A stretch of DNA of 64,000 bases. Origin: Planctomycetota bacterium (GTDB taxonomy: Bacteria > Planctomycetota > PLA2 > JAEUHO01). Each line of letters opens with the position of its first letter. The stretch's first letter is position 1. A program made the translations under genes and the position numbers. A model generated the notes under the pieces. That model was given only the letters and a program-made list of their open reading frames with translations. It made no database searches and was not told where the DNA came from. Below, piece by piece: positions 37,191 to 47,809 of the stretch. The stretch spans positions 640,001-704,000 of the forward strand of contig CBDCTJ010000007.1 of the NCBI GenBank assembly GCA_965222115.1. Reading direction: 5' to 3'.

Positions 37191-39467
37191 CTACTTACCG
37201 AGCGTGCGGTCGAGCGCTTCTGAGACGTAGCCCGGCGTAATCGCCGTGCGCAAAACGACGACGTTTCGACGTGGATCGGGCGGCACAATCACGTACACGG
37301 GAATGCTGTTGCGCCCCAGCTTTGCAAGCGCTTTCGAGATGCGGTCGTCGCGCCGGGTCCAATCGGCGATCATGGGGATCACGCCATGTCGTTTGAAGGC
37401 GTTCGCGACCGTGTCGGATTGCAGGGTTGCTGCGTCATTGGCTTTGCAGGTCAAGCACCAGTCTGCCGTGAAGTCTAAGAACACGGGGCGTCCGGCGTCT
37501 TGGTACTGGCGAATCGCGTGACCGCTGTAGTGTTCCCATCCATTAGGGGGCGTAGACGCAGCCGTCTCTTCTGGCACTTGGCGGAGCACGAAGGCCATGC
37601 CGACGAGTAGAAGTGCACACGCGAGCCCGCGCCCAATGAACCATCGAACCTTCGCCGATCGATGAATCGCGCCAAAGCGTCCGTAGCACCATGCCGCGGC
37701 GGCAACGCATAGCAGCGACGCCAGCAACACGGACACGCTGTCACCGCCCATTTGCCGTCCATAGAGCCACGTGAGCCAGACCACGGTTGCGAGAATAGGA
37801 AACGCAAGCACATGGCGGAGTGTTTCCATCCACGGACCGGGCGTGGGGATCCACTTCACGAGTTTCGGAAACACGGTGATGAGCACGTAGGGCGCGCTCA
37901 TGCCGAGTCCAAGGGCGCCAAACACGCTCAATGCAATCACGGCCGGTTGTGTTGCGGCATAACCAATCGCAGTTCCCATGAATGGTGCGGTACATGGCGT
38001 TGCCACGATCGTCGTCAAGATGCCCGTTGCGAACGATCCCCAGTAGCCGCGGGTACCGTGGGCACCGCCCAAGCGACTGAGGCCCGCACCGATTTCGAAC
38101 ACGCCGAACATGTTTAGGCCAAGCAGAAGCATCACAATGCTGAGGCCCGCAACCACGACGGGTTCCTGCATTTGGAATCCCCAGCCGAGTTCTTCGCCCG
38201 CGCTGCGCAGGCTCAATAAGAGACCGGCAATAGCGAGAAACGAAGCCACGATGCCAAGAGCGAATGCATAGCCGTGTCGTCGTTGCTTCGCTGGCGCGTC
38301 GCCCGCGTGTTCTACGAGACCGAGAATCTTGATTGACAGTACGGGCAACACGCAGGGCATGAGGTTGAGAATGAGCCCGCCGGCGAATGCAAGGAGCAGC
38401 GCCCACCACCAGGACGTGTTCTCCTGGCGATGGCTGCTTTCGTACTCGATGTAGCCGTGGGCCCAGCGAAGGTCATCCATTTCGGGATCGGCGATGGATT
38501 CGATTCCACTGTTTACGTCTGGGAGTGTCGCCGGCATGGCTGGCATGGTGACTACGACTTCGTCCAATGTGTTGGGTGAGGGGTTCCCTTGGTCTCGTTC
38601 GCCCCACCCGACGGCATACCCCGTGGTGGTTTCGCCGGTCTGAATCGTCAGTACACCGTGAAACGCATCGGGGATCCGCCCTTGCGGTTGCAGAAACGGA
38701 AGCCGAAGAACCGTGTGTCCATCGCGCTCAAGCAGAATCGGCGCGGCACTTCGATCGAACGCGGCAAACGTCTCTGGATAGAAGTCAAACGTCGCCTGTT
38801 CATCCTGCCACGGCCCATCGCCTCGAAGCACGAGCTCCTTCTTGGGCGAAAATGACCACGTGTCTGGCATCGCGCGCGGCAAGCGTGACTCGAGCGCGTC
38901 GAATCTCGCTGCATGCTCGGACAACGTGGCGGATTCGTTCGCGCTCTTTGGGATCTCAAGTGTGAGCGTGGCACTTCCAGGCGTGCATCCCTTCGCGTCG
39001 TGGCAAACCAGCCAATCCACATTGACCGTGAGGCGTGACACGTCTGGCACGGTAGATGGCGTTTTGATGCGAAACACGAACAGCGCGTCTCGTTCATACA
39101 CCATCGTCCAATTGGGCTCGACCTTGTGCCATGCCGGTAGGGCCCACGGAAGCGGTTCGATATCGAACCCGTCCGGCATGGTCCACGAGAAGGTGGGCGC
39201 AAGGCCCGCATCGCCCGGCTCTTTCCAGTAGACGTACCAGTCTCTCTCTATCTGAAATCGCACGCCTACGCGCATCGACGAATCGGGAACGATCGTCGCG
39301 ACGTCGGCAAGAACAGTTGCGCGCACCTCGTCGGCTGCGTGCGCGCGCGTACGTTCCTCGCCGTGGGCCGCGCTTCCCGTAATCAACAGCACGGCACTCA
39401 CCCATCCGAGCGCAACGGCAAACCTGCGAATGCCGCGCATCGCTTTGCCTTTGGCGACGCGTGTCAC
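37191..39467 (-). CDS. dsbD: DsbD-family thiol:disulfide interchange protein
   Basis: WYVYWK.PGDAG, WLVC....C.PG, LNLMPCVLPVL, ATPCTAPFMG, DFTADWCLTCK. Confidence 0.92.
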   Translation of the reverse strand: MTRVAKGKAMRGIRRFAVALGWVSAVLLITGSAAHGEERTRAHAADEVRATVLADVATIVPDSSMRVGVRFQIERDWYVYWKEPGDAGLAPTFSWTMPDGFDIEPLPWALPAWHKVEPNWTMVYERDALFVFRIKTPSTVPDVSRLTVNVDWLVCHDAKGCTPGSATLTLEIPKSANESATLSEHAARFDALESRLPRAMPDTWSFSPKKELVLRGDGPWQDEQATFDFYPETFAAFDRSAAPILLERDGHTVLRLPFLQPQGRIPDAFHGVLTIQTGETTTGYAVGWGERDQGNPSPNTLDEVVVTMPAMPATLPDVNSGIESIADPEMDDLRWAHGYIEYESSHRQENTSWWWALLLAFAGGLILNLMPCVLPVLSIKILGLVEHAGDAPAKQRRHGYAFALGIVASFLAIAGLLLSLRSAGEELGWGFQMQEPVVVAGLSIVMLLLGLNMFGVFEIGAGLSRLGGAHGTRGYWGSFATGILTTIVATPCTAPFMGTAIGYAATQPAVIALSVFGALGLGMSAPYVLITVFPKLVKWIPTPGPWMETLRHVLAFPILATVVWLTWLYGRQMGGDSVSVLLASLLCVAAAAWCYGRFGAIHRSAKVRWFIGRGLACALLLVGMAFVLRQVPEETAASTPPNGWEHYSGHAIRQYQDAGRPVFLDFTADWCLTCKANDAATLQSDTVANAFKRHGVIPMIADWTRRDDRISKALAKLGRNSIPVYVIVPPDPRRNVVVLRTAITPGYVSEALDRTLGK

Positions 39468-39479
39468 GGCAGGTGACGT

Positions 39480-40649
39480 CTAGTACTTCACGCTGCAGCC
39501 ATACGATTGACTGCTCTTGATGGCGATCGGTCTGCGCGCGACAATGTCCGCTATAGCAAGCGCGATGTAGTTCTTGGCTCGCAATACATCAGAAGCCCTT
39601 GCGCTGCGAATGCTGTCGATGCCACCGGAGTATTCAATCGTTCCCTGCGGGCTAATGACGCGCATGCCGGGTGTGGTTCGTGCCCCATACGCACGACCCA
39701 CCGTGCCGCGTGGATCCAATAGGTAGGCCGACGGTGTGGCTCCCAAGCCGCGCATCCGCGAATTGGCAACCGAAGGCGAGAAGTACCCTTGCTTTCCGGG
39801 CGACGAGGAACAAATGGAAAGCCACACAATGCCAGCACGTGAAGCCCGCGCTTGCAACGATTGCATATTGCGGTGCGAGGGTGCGTAGTGCTTGTGTACG
39901 AAGGGGCAGTCGTAGTTGACCCACTCCAAGATGACCCACTTGCCGCGGTAATCGCTCAATCGACGCACGACGCCGTTGGTGTCTTTCAAGGTAAAGCCCG
40001 GCGCCTTCGGCCCCGACGTCTTTGGTGACGCTGCTGCGGTCGCGTTGGCGTAGTTGATCCTGCAACCTTGAGAGGCTTTGGCTGTGAATGGCAGTGCGCG
40101 GCGAGCCACCGCCGCTTGTAATACCTGATCCAGGTAGGGAATCGTTGTCGGTGTTCCCGAACTCTCGATGCCGCCTGCGTATGCCACGTCACCACGCGGA
40201 TTGATTACACGCACCTCGGGCGTTACATGCGCGCCATACATCTTGCCCACAGCGCCGGTCGGATCGAAAAGCAAGGCCGTGGGCTGCGCTCCGAACTTCG
40301 CAAGCAGTGTTTTCGCATGGCGTGGATCCATGGCACCGCGGGTACCGGCGGCGTTGCTATTGATCGATAGCCACACCACGCCGTTGGCACGGTAGCGCTG
40401 TTGCAGCGCTGGAATCTTGCGTGTGGGCGCTTGGTACATGGCCGTGACCGATGGGCAGGCAAAGTTCACCCACTCCAGGACGACCCACTTGCCTCGGTAG
40501 TCGGACAGTTGTCGCACAACGCCATCGGCATCGCGCAGTTGAAAATTGGGTTTGGTCTGGACTCCCTTGGCATTCGCTGGCGTGGCGTTTGTAGCAGCTA
40601 CGGTTACGCAGGCTGCAACGACGAGAGTGAGGGATCGGAGGATCTTCAT
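39480..40649 (-). CDS. Secreted tandem redoxin (two AhpC/TSA-like domains)
   Basis: Two copies of LSDYRGKWV.LEWVN..CP.V...WLSI.S...YGA..TP...Y.GGI...GC...Y. Confidence 0.9.
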   Translation of the reverse strand: MKILRSLTLVVAACVTVAATNATPANAKGVQTKPNFQLRDADGVVRQLSDYRGKWVVLEWVNFACPSVTAMYQAPTRKIPALQQRYRANGVVWLSINSNAAGTRGAMDPRHAKTLLAKFGAQPTALLFDPTGAVGKMYGAHVTPEVRVINPRGDVAYAGGIESSGTPTTIPYLDQVLQAAVARRALPFTAKASQGCRINYANATAAASPKTSGPKAPGFTLKDTNGVVRRLSDYRGKWVILEWVNYDCPFVHKHYAPSHRNMQSLQARASRAGIVWLSICSSSPGKQGYFSPSVANSRMRGLGATPSAYLLDPRGTVGRAYGARTTPGMRVISPQGTIEYSGGIDSIRSARASDVLRAKNYIALAIADIVARRPIAIKSSQSYGCSVKY

Positions 40650-40912
40650 GGCTTGTGTCGTTCCTTACCGTTTCGAGTTTTCTTTGTTGCGGAATCGGCC
40701 TCGCTACCGCGCCCTGAGCGTGCCGGATGCTCAGGTGCCCACATGCTTGGTCGAACAACTGTTCTGTCGCACCGTGAGCAGGCCACCCGCGGGAAGTCCA
40801 ACACGCGTACGTCCTTCAAGAGACGATGCTTGAACGGCCTCGCGCGGGCTAATGATGGTAAGGAGGTCGTACCCTCCTGCAACCAGGCACTTCTTCGTAG
40901 TATAAGTACCTC

Positions 40913-41320
40913 ATGGAAACCAAAAAGCCCCGAAAGCCGCTGATTCCCACGGATCCACACATTGGAAATCTCTATTGTGCCACGTGTCCTTGTCGCGAAA
41001 TTCTCGATTTGGTGGCTTCGAAATGGTCATCACTCATTATCGGGCGGCTGGAAAACGACACCCTGCGATTTGGTCAGCTTAAGCGATTGATCCCCGGCGT
41101 GACTTCCAAGATGCTCACGCAGACGCTGCGTCGGCTGGAAGAGGACGGGCTTGTTGCCCGCGACGTTCGACCCACCCGACCGCCGAAGGTTGAATACTCG
41201 TTAACGGCCCTTGGCCAAAGTGCAACCGTACCGCTTGCGGCCATTCGTGATTGGGCAGAACAACACTTGGGCGCCATTGAGGCGGCGCGGGAACGGTATC
41301 GAGCCAATGTCGTTGAGTAG
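40913..41320 (+). CDS. HxlR family winged-helix regulator
   Basis: CP.R..LD.VASKW..LI...LRF.QL...IPG.T.KMLTQTLR.LE.DGLV.R......PPKVEYSLT.LG. Confidence 0.92.
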   Translation: METKKPRKPLIPTDPHIGNLYCATCPCREILDLVASKWSSLIIGRLENDTLRFGQLKRLIPGVTSKMLTQTLRRLEEDGLVARDVRPTRPPKVEYSLTALGQSATVPLAAIRDWAEQHLGAIEAARERYRANVVE

Positions 41321-41337
41321 ACGGTTCGTTGTAGGGG

Positions 41338-41943
41338 TCACTTCTTTTGACCTTCTACATAGATTTTGAGCTTCCCGAGTAACTTCTCGTTTGCTGTTTT
41401 GAAAAAACCAAGGACCGCGTCGTACTCCTTGCTTGCGCCGTATCCCGTGCCATACGAGATGACTTCGGTCTTCTTGTTTCCCACGCGGCGAAAGAGAACT
41501 ACGTTGTACAGATTCTTGGCATTCTTGGAGAGGAACGGGGGCCAATTCTTGGCGGGCTGTGCTTGGAGCGTGAGGAGTTCGTTGGGTACATAGTTGACGA
41601 TCCGCAGTCGATTGGTGCCTTCGTCGCCGAGTTTCCCGTCCTTGTCGTATCGCGTTTGAATTTCCCCACCGACGCGAAGATCGATCGAGGCTTGTGTCGC
41701 GGCCCAGGCTGCATAGCCCTTGTCGGTCGTATACGCCTTCCATACCTCACTCGCGGGGGCGTTGATAAGTGCACGGTGTATCAGAATGCGCTCTTTCGCG
41801 GCTGTTGTGCGTATCTCGCTGGTGAGCGGGGATTTCGTCGCCGCGGTTTCTTCCGCACGCGACGTGTCTGAAAGGAACAGAGCCGTACCCACGGCTACGA
41901 GTGCGAAGGAACTCAGCGCAACACCCAATTGAAGCACGTTCAT
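41338..41943 (-). CDS. SRPBCC/AHSA1 domain secreted protein
   Basis: Signal peptide; INAP..EVWKAYTT..G...W......IDLRVGG; AAGGAG RBS. Confidence 0.85.
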   Translation of the reverse strand: MNVLQLGVALSSFALVAVGTALFLSDTSRAEETAATKSPLTSEIRTTAAKERILIHRALINAPASEVWKAYTTDKGYAAWAATQASIDLRVGGEIQTRYDKDGKLGDEGTNRLRIVNYVPNELLTLQAQPAKNWPPFLSKNAKNLYNVVLFRRVGNKKTEVISYGTGYGASKEYDAVLGFFKTANEKLLGKLKIYVEGQKK

Positions 41944-42050
41944 TTGATTCTCCTTGCAGATCCTGATTTGGGCCCGTGGCGGCTTTCGCCCCTGAGGTGG
42001 GCTTTCACCAAAAGTCGCATATCGTGTCCATGCTACGTTAGGAGTCGTCC

Positions 42051-42452
42051 ATGCGCATTCGTCTAGCAAGCGTCCCTGTATCCGATCAGGACCATGCGTT
42101 GCGTTTCTATACCGAGAAGCTCGGTTTCTTGGTCAAGCGCGACATCCCTATGGGCCACGGCGCTCGTCTTATCACGCTGGTCGCGCCAGATGACCCCGAC
42201 GGCGCGCAGCTCATGCTCGAACCCTGCGGCGAGCATCCGCCCACCAAGGTGTACAAGCAGGCATTGGTGGACGAGGGGATTCCGTTCAATGCGTTTGAGG
42301 TACAAGACTGCAAGGCCGAGTTTGAGCGCCTCAAGAGCCTTGGCGTCGAGTTCAAGGTTGCGCCCATGGATGCAGGCATGTCGATCGTTGCCACGTTTGA
42401 CGATACATGTGGGAATCTGATCATGATCTACGAAGAGAAAGCAACAGACTGA
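42051..42452 (+). CDS. VOC/glyoxalase family protein
   Basis: SVPVSDQD.AL.FYTEKLGF...F.V.D...E.ERLK.LGVEF...FDDTCGNLI. Confidence 0.92.
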   Translation: MRIRLASVPVSDQDHALRFYTEKLGFLVKRDIPMGHGARLITLVAPDDPDGAQLMLEPCGEHPPTKVYKQALVDEGIPFNAFEVQDCKAEFERLKSLGVEFKVAPMDAGMSIVATFDDTCGNLIMIYEEKATD

Positions 42453-42480
42453 GTCGAGGCCATCGTGGGGGACGAGCAAC

Positions 42481-42933
42481 ATGAATACTTCTGAACATGA
42501 ACCGACGTTCTACATGCGTATCGCAAAGGGTGACGGCTACGAGGAACATGGCCCGATTCCTCTTTCTAGAATTCGTTCATGGTCCGAGGAGGGGAGCATT
42601 GCGCCGGGGACCAAGTTTTCACGTGAGCGCATGGTTTGGGATCTGACGTTAGACGACGTTCTTAACTACAAACCCCCAGCCAACGTGTCGTCGCCCGATG
42701 TTGAGTCAGCTAGCGGTGGTTCGCCCCTCAGTAGTTTTATTCGGGTGTGTTTCCTCGCGAGCGCAGGCTTCACGGTGCTGGTCTACTTCATGGCACGGCG
42801 TTCAAACCCCTCCGAAGGGATGGTGATTTTCTATACGATCGCCAAGTTCGTAGCTGGCGCTACGTTGCTGTGGCTCATCATCTACACGGCCGTTCGTGAG
42901 GCGATGCTCGTGCTTCGAAGGCGAGATACGTAG
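42481..42933 (+). CDS. GYF_2/DUF4339-like domain membrane protein
   Basis: HGPIPL..I..W..EG.I.P.T...RE...W followed by two TM helices. Confidence 0.65.
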   Translation: MNTSEHEPTFYMRIAKGDGYEEHGPIPLSRIRSWSEEGSIAPGTKFSRERMVWDLTLDDVLNYKPPANVSSPDVESASGGSPLSSFIRVCFLASAGFTVLVYFMARRSNPSEGMVIFYTIAKFVAGATLLWLIIYTAVREAMLVLRRRDT

Positions 42934-43281
42934 TTCGGCGGTTTAGAGAATAGGTCGCTACATGCGCACGTCCGATGTGACGGGATTAGTTGTGCCGAAT
43001 GTCAAACGACGCGTCGCACGCCAGCTGCGTGACAATCTGGTTGGACTCAATGAAACGCTTCAACGGGTCGTGATAGTGCCATAGACATAGTTCCGCCGCG
43101 GGATATTGACGGACGTACTCGCTCGACGGCACGATGTACATGTCGTCGGGGGTAGAATCACCTTCATGACTCGCCTTGATGGCCCGTAGTTGACGCCTGG
43201 TACCTCCTTTGGGGGCCGCACGAATCAGTTCAATTCACCTTGAAACGTCTATTATTCGGCTTTTTTCGTTGAAGATAAGAT

Positions 43282-43323
43282 TTAACTAATGGCTGTTGAC
43301 TAAATTTGACTAATCTGTATTAT
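43282..43323 (+). promoter_or_regulatory. AT-rich promoter with TT(G/A)ACTAA direct repeats
   Basis: TTAACTAA at 43282, TTGACTAA at 43296 and 43306; TTGACT, 16-bp spacer, TATTAT ending 6 nt before ATG 43330. Confidence 0.55.
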
Positions 43324-43329
43324 CTAAAT

Positions 43330-44748
43330 ATGGACCCTCGTTTCGCTGCCCACAACACTCATCGCGAGGACGTAGGGCGATTCGAGGAGCTGGATCCACA
43401 GCTCCGTCGGCTAGCGCGATTGCCCGTTGCTTGGCGATCACCTTTGCTCGATCAACTGCCTCATGACGTGCCGGGGATCTATACGCTCGGTGGTGCGCGG
43501 CAAGTGGGGAAAACAACGCTCCTAAAGCAGTGGATGCTCGAACGACTTCAGCAGGGTGCGGCGGCGGAGGCGGTCGCGTACATCACTGCAGACATGGCGG
43601 ATGACCATCACACGCTATTGCGTTGGTTGACGTTGGCGTTAGACGACGCGCGCTCGTGTGACCGAGCGTGGATTGTGCTGGATGAAGTGACGTATGTTTC
43701 TGGGTGGGGTCGCGCCATTAAATTCCTTGCCGATGCTGGCGAGTTGGAACGCACCGTATTGATTCTCACGGGTTCTGACTTGGGCATGCTCAAGGATCTG
43801 CGCACAACGTTGCCGGGGCGTCGCGGTCGTGCATCCGAAGTGGATTTTCATCTGCATCCACTCAGTTGGTTGGATGCCGCGCGCGCAAAGCGTGAACTCG
43901 CCGTCGCCGATTGCGACGCGCTATGTAATGCGTTGAGCGATCCGGTGGCGTTGTCTTCCTGCCGTGGCGACCTATGGGAGCGGTGTTGGAAGTCGATCGA
44001 TCAATACTCGATGCACGGTGGCTTCTTGACCGCAATCAACGACGCGGTTGCGTTGGACTCGATTCTCCCCGCAACGTTTGCCACGTATAGCGATTGGGTC
44101 CGTGGCGACATGCTGAAGAGTGGGAAGCGTGAGCCGTACCTAAGAGAAATCGTCCGCGCGTGGGTTAGGCGCCACGGATCACAGGTGAGTTGGAATGCGC
44201 TTGCGCGAGAGCTGTCCATCGAGCACCCCACCACCGTATCCGACTACATCCTGCTGCTTGAACGGCTGGATGTGTGTTTCGTGCAGTACGCACTTCGAGA
44301 ACACACCCTTACGCCTGCACCCAAGAAGTCGCGCAAAGTCGTACCGACCGACCCGTTCATTTTTCACGCACTTGATGCGTGGCACCGGGATGCACACGAT
44401 CCGATGACTCAGGTGGTGGCACCCATGCTCGCGTCGAAGGAACATCAGAGTCGGGTGATCGAGTCCATACTCGTGAGTCATGCCCGTAGACATTGGCCCA
44501 CGTATTACATCAAGCGCAACCGATCCGAAGTGGATCTCGCGATCGTGCGTGAGGGAGAGACCCTGCTGATGGAAGTTAAGTGGCGTCAGCAGCTCCGCCC
44601 CAGCGACGCCGTCGTGCTTGCAAACGACTCGCACGCGCTCGTCGCAGCGCGCACGGAGTCGGTCGGTCATATTCGGGATGTGCCGATACTGCCCATTCCG
44701 GTAGTGCTTGCGTGTTTCTCGCGCGGCGCGTGGCCAACGGATACTTAG
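43330..44748 (+). CDS. AAA_14/DUF4143 family ATPase
   Basis: GARQVGKTT, VLDEV, ILTGS, LPGRRG, GGF, KK..K....DPFI, EVDL......MEVKW. Confidence 0.9.
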   Translation: MDPRFAAHNTHREDVGRFEELDPQLRRLARLPVAWRSPLLDQLPHDVPGIYTLGGARQVGKTTLLKQWMLERLQQGAAAEAVAYITADMADDHHTLLRWLTLALDDARSCDRAWIVLDEVTYVSGWGRAIKFLADAGELERTVLILTGSDLGMLKDLRTTLPGRRGRASEVDFHLHPLSWLDAARAKRELAVADCDALCNALSDPVALSSCRGDLWERCWKSIDQYSMHGGFLTAINDAVALDSILPATFATYSDWVRGDMLKSGKREPYLREIVRAWVRRHGSQVSWNALARELSIEHPTTVSDYILLLERLDVCFVQYALREHTLTPAPKKSRKVVPTDPFIFHALDAWHRDAHDPMTQVVAPMLASKEHQSRVIESILVSHARRHWPTYYIKRNRSEVDLAIVREGETLLMEVKWRQQLRPSDAVVLANDSHALVAARTESVGHIRDVPILPIPVVLACFSRGAWPTDT

Positions 44749-44817
44749 CCGATCTTCGAGCGCATGACCGCAGCATGATGTGCGGCGCGTCTCATCGGTC
44801 GCGTTGGAGGCCATCGC

Positions 44818-47784
44818 ATGCAACGCAAGACGGGCTTAGTCGTTCTGTTGGGTTTGATCGCCGTGGGGATCGTTGCTTGGTTTGTGATGCGCGGCAGCGA
44901 TCAAGATTCTCAACACGCGTTCTCCGTGGATGAGACGTCTAAAACGGAGAACGACGCCAAGTCAGAACAGTTCCCGGCAACGTTGCGCGGTACGAAGTAC
45001 GCGTCGTCCGAGGACGCGCTAGCGTCCGACAAGGAAGCCACGGATCGATCGCCAAAGGAAGAGATACCCGTTACAAATGACGGCTACCGCGTAGTGGGCG
45101 TCATCGTCAACAAGCGTGGCGAGCCGCAATCGGGAGCTCGGGTGGAAGCACGTACCGTGATAGGCGAACTTGCGGGTACGCCCACGCTTACAGACGCCTC
45201 CGGTCGATTCGACATGCTCCTCGACGCGCACTATCCGACCGAGGAAACGAGGTCACTCATGCTCATGCTGCGAGTTCAAAAAGGAGACCTCGTTGCGGCC
45301 CATCCCGCATACGTGCTTTACCAGCAGGTGCCATCCGATGCCCGTCGCATTGAGTTGTACAGTGGGTTCTCATTCGATGTGCGTGTGACCAGCAACGCTT
45401 GCAGTGGCGTGCCGCCGGCGACGGTTGTCGTGCAGCGATTTGTGCGCGAGGGCATGTCGACGGGTGCTATCGCGCGTCATGAAACGGATGTCGCCGGCCA
45501 TGTACGCGTGGGGCCTGTTCCGGCGGGGAAATATAAGATCTACGCCTATGCCGATTCTTGCGGTCGGGGTGAAGCAGGAGTGACGTTGCCTCAAGGAGTC
45601 GATGCGCCGGTTGAAATTGAGATCGAGGAAAGTCGCGACATCATGGTGACGGTTGTTGATGGGGATGGTGGTGAACCGGTTCCCCATGCAACGCTCGAGC
45701 TCTTGGAGCACATCGGTCGACCTCGGATGGAGTTGTTTAAGCCATGTATGCCGCCTTTGAATGTGCCGCCGACCGATCAGCAAGGCGTGACGATCATTCA
45801 AGGAGTTAGCAAGTCGGTGCAGCTAGCCGTCATGGTCAAGGTGGATGGTCGTATGACACCCACACAGAGCAGCGCCGGCATTCCGTTGCCCCTAATCAAG
45901 GCAGACGAAACGGAGGCGCGCATAGAGTTGCCACCAACCCGAACCGTGCGATGGCCGATCACTGACAAAGAGGGGCCGATTCCGGACGACGGCACCAAGC
46001 TGGCGCTTAAGAGTGGTCCGCAGTCACGGTGGGTAAGCTTGCCCAAGGCCGGGCGCGTGGAGCAGGGGCACGTTGTGATTGACGGGCTACTTCCGACGCA
46101 CATTCACGCGTTGGCGGTTACGCCCGATGGACGCATTGCGCGCCTTTTCGCGAAGAATACGGATGACCTTGGCAATGCAACGTCGTTTCGAAGTCCGCGT
46201 TCGATTGACGTAACCGTGATGTATCCGGATGGAACACCCGTGACCGGTAGGTGGGTCCACTTGCGCGGGCCAGGAAACAACTCAGTTGGAGAGGCGCTGC
46301 CACTTGATGACAAGGGTAAGGCGACGTTTCGAAACCTCTATGGCATGCGCGTGACCGTGTACTTGTCCGAGGCGGGAGAGACGTTTGGGGGCATCGCAAT
46401 AGGGAACGTCGATCTCGACAAGGGTAGTGGCCGCGTCGATCACACACTCGCGCGAAAGCGTGAGGTACTTCTCATGGTCACGCTCAATGGCAAGCCCGGT
46501 ATCCCTGCCAAACTTACACCTCGCACATGGAGTGGTATGGCCTCGACGGCCCACCCCATCGAAGTGGTAGACGCAGCCAAGGGTATCGTGCGCATTTGGT
46601 GGCAACCGCCGGCACCCGGTGCCAAAGGAACGTTTGGGATTACCACGCCCGGGTGGATTGCCAAAAAAGGCGAACTTCCGATTCGGCTTGAAGACTCGGG
46701 GAGCGGCGCCATTGAACGTGCGCTACACCTCGTGCGCGGCGGCACGCTTGAGATACGCATACAGAAGCCGCCGAAGCGCATGGTGGGCATCGTCCTGCAG
46801 CACTGGGCCCCCGAGCGAAGCGTATGGAACGATACGATTCGGCCGATAGAGCTGTCGCCCGATGGAAGCGCAACGTTGGACGCACTCTATCCAGGCCGCT
46901 ACCGACTTGCATCGCGCATGGGCGGGGGCGTCAGCGCGCCGGTTCAAGTTGATGATGGTCAGACAACAAGCGTTACGTTTGATTTGAGCAGAGAAGGCAT
47001 TGTAAGCGGTCGAGTTGAGTTCCCCGAGGGCACGGAGTTCAATGGCGGAAGCGTTGAAGTCGTGGGGCGTTCCTACGTAGCGCGCGGCAGGCGTGGGTGG
47101 CCCGTACGACCGGATGGAACGTTTCAACTCGTCGTCTCTGGAACCGAAGACGTTGTACTTAGACCCAAGAGCGGTCTGCTCATACCTGCATCGAGCGGTG
47201 GGTCGGTCAAGGTCAAAGAACCCCGCGACGGCATTGTCTTACGCCTCGCCGCGGGCCCCGTGATTACAGCGAAGCTCAACCCCGCGCCGCCGATCGTTGC
47301 CAAGCGCCATGATCGAAAGCGGCTGTTGGCTTTCAAAGGCGCTCCGACGTCAATTGCATTGGGTCGTGAGGTGACGATCAAGGTTGAGGATGGCGTGTTG
47401 TCGGCCGGCGGATTGCCCCCGGGCACGTGGACGCTGTGGTTAGACATTCCGGGATTCGTGCCATTGACGATCAAAGACGTCGAAGTGACGGAATCGGGCG
47501 CCGACCTTGGCGCGCTAACGCTCTCCAGAGGTTCGTCGTTTCGCCTCAATTACAAAGTAAAGGATGGGCAGTCGCCGCCGCGTATCACGGTGTGGGTGCA
47601 GTCGGCCACGGAACCTAAGTACTCGCGCAATTCGCGAGCAACCGGCACCGAGATGCTTGTTACTGGTATTGGATCCGGCCGTCACCTTGTGCGAGGCATG
47701 TCGTTGGGCGGCGGGGGCGGCATCAATGAGGAGATTGAGTTTGACGGCGAGTCATTGATCGAGCGCACCATTGACCTGCGGTAG
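44818..47784 (+). CDS. Membrane-anchored carboxypeptidase-regulatory-like repeat protein
   Basis: N-terminal TM; repeated beta-sandwich modules similar to the extracytoplasmic part of 2089-5631. Confidence 0.85.
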   Translation: MQRKTGLVVLLGLIAVGIVAWFVMRGSDQDSQHAFSVDETSKTENDAKSEQFPATLRGTKYASSEDALASDKEATDRSPKEEIPVTNDGYRVVGVIVNKRGEPQSGARVEARTVIGELAGTPTLTDASGRFDMLLDAHYPTEETRSLMLMLRVQKGDLVAAHPAYVLYQQVPSDARRIELYSGFSFDVRVTSNACSGVPPATVVVQRFVREGMSTGAIARHETDVAGHVRVGPVPAGKYKIYAYADSCGRGEAGVTLPQGVDAPVEIEIEESRDIMVTVVDGDGGEPVPHATLELLEHIGRPRMELFKPCMPPLNVPPTDQQGVTIIQGVSKSVQLAVMVKVDGRMTPTQSSAGIPLPLIKADETEARIELPPTRTVRWPITDKEGPIPDDGTKLALKSGPQSRWVSLPKAGRVEQGHVVIDGLLPTHIHALAVTPDGRIARLFAKNTDDLGNATSFRSPRSIDVTVMYPDGTPVTGRWVHLRGPGNNSVGEALPLDDKGKATFRNLYGMRVTVYLSEAGETFGGIAIGNVDLDKGSGRVDHTLARKREVLLMVTLNGKPGIPAKLTPRTWSGMASTAHPIEVVDAAKGIVRIWWQPPAPGAKGTFGITTPGWIAKKGELPIRLEDSGSGAIERALHLVRGGTLEIRIQKPPKRMVGIVLQHWAPERSVWNDTIRPIELSPDGSATLDALYPGRYRLASRMGGGVSAPVQVDDGQTTSVTFDLSREGIVSGRVEFPEGTEFNGGSVEVVGRSYVARGRRGWPVRPDGTFQLVVSGTEDVVLRPKSGLLIPASSGGSVKVKEPRDGIVLRLAAGPVITAKLNPAPPIVAKRHDRKRLLAFKGAPTSIALGREVTIKVEDGVLSAGGLPPGTWTLWLDIPGFVPLTIKDVEVTESGADLGALTLSRGSSFRLNYKVKDGQSPPRITVWVQSATEPKYSRNSRATGTEMLVTGIGSGRHLVRGMSLGGGGGINEEIEFDGESLIERTIDLR

Positions 47785-47809
47785 GGCCGACTGGGGACGC
47801 TCACGGGTT

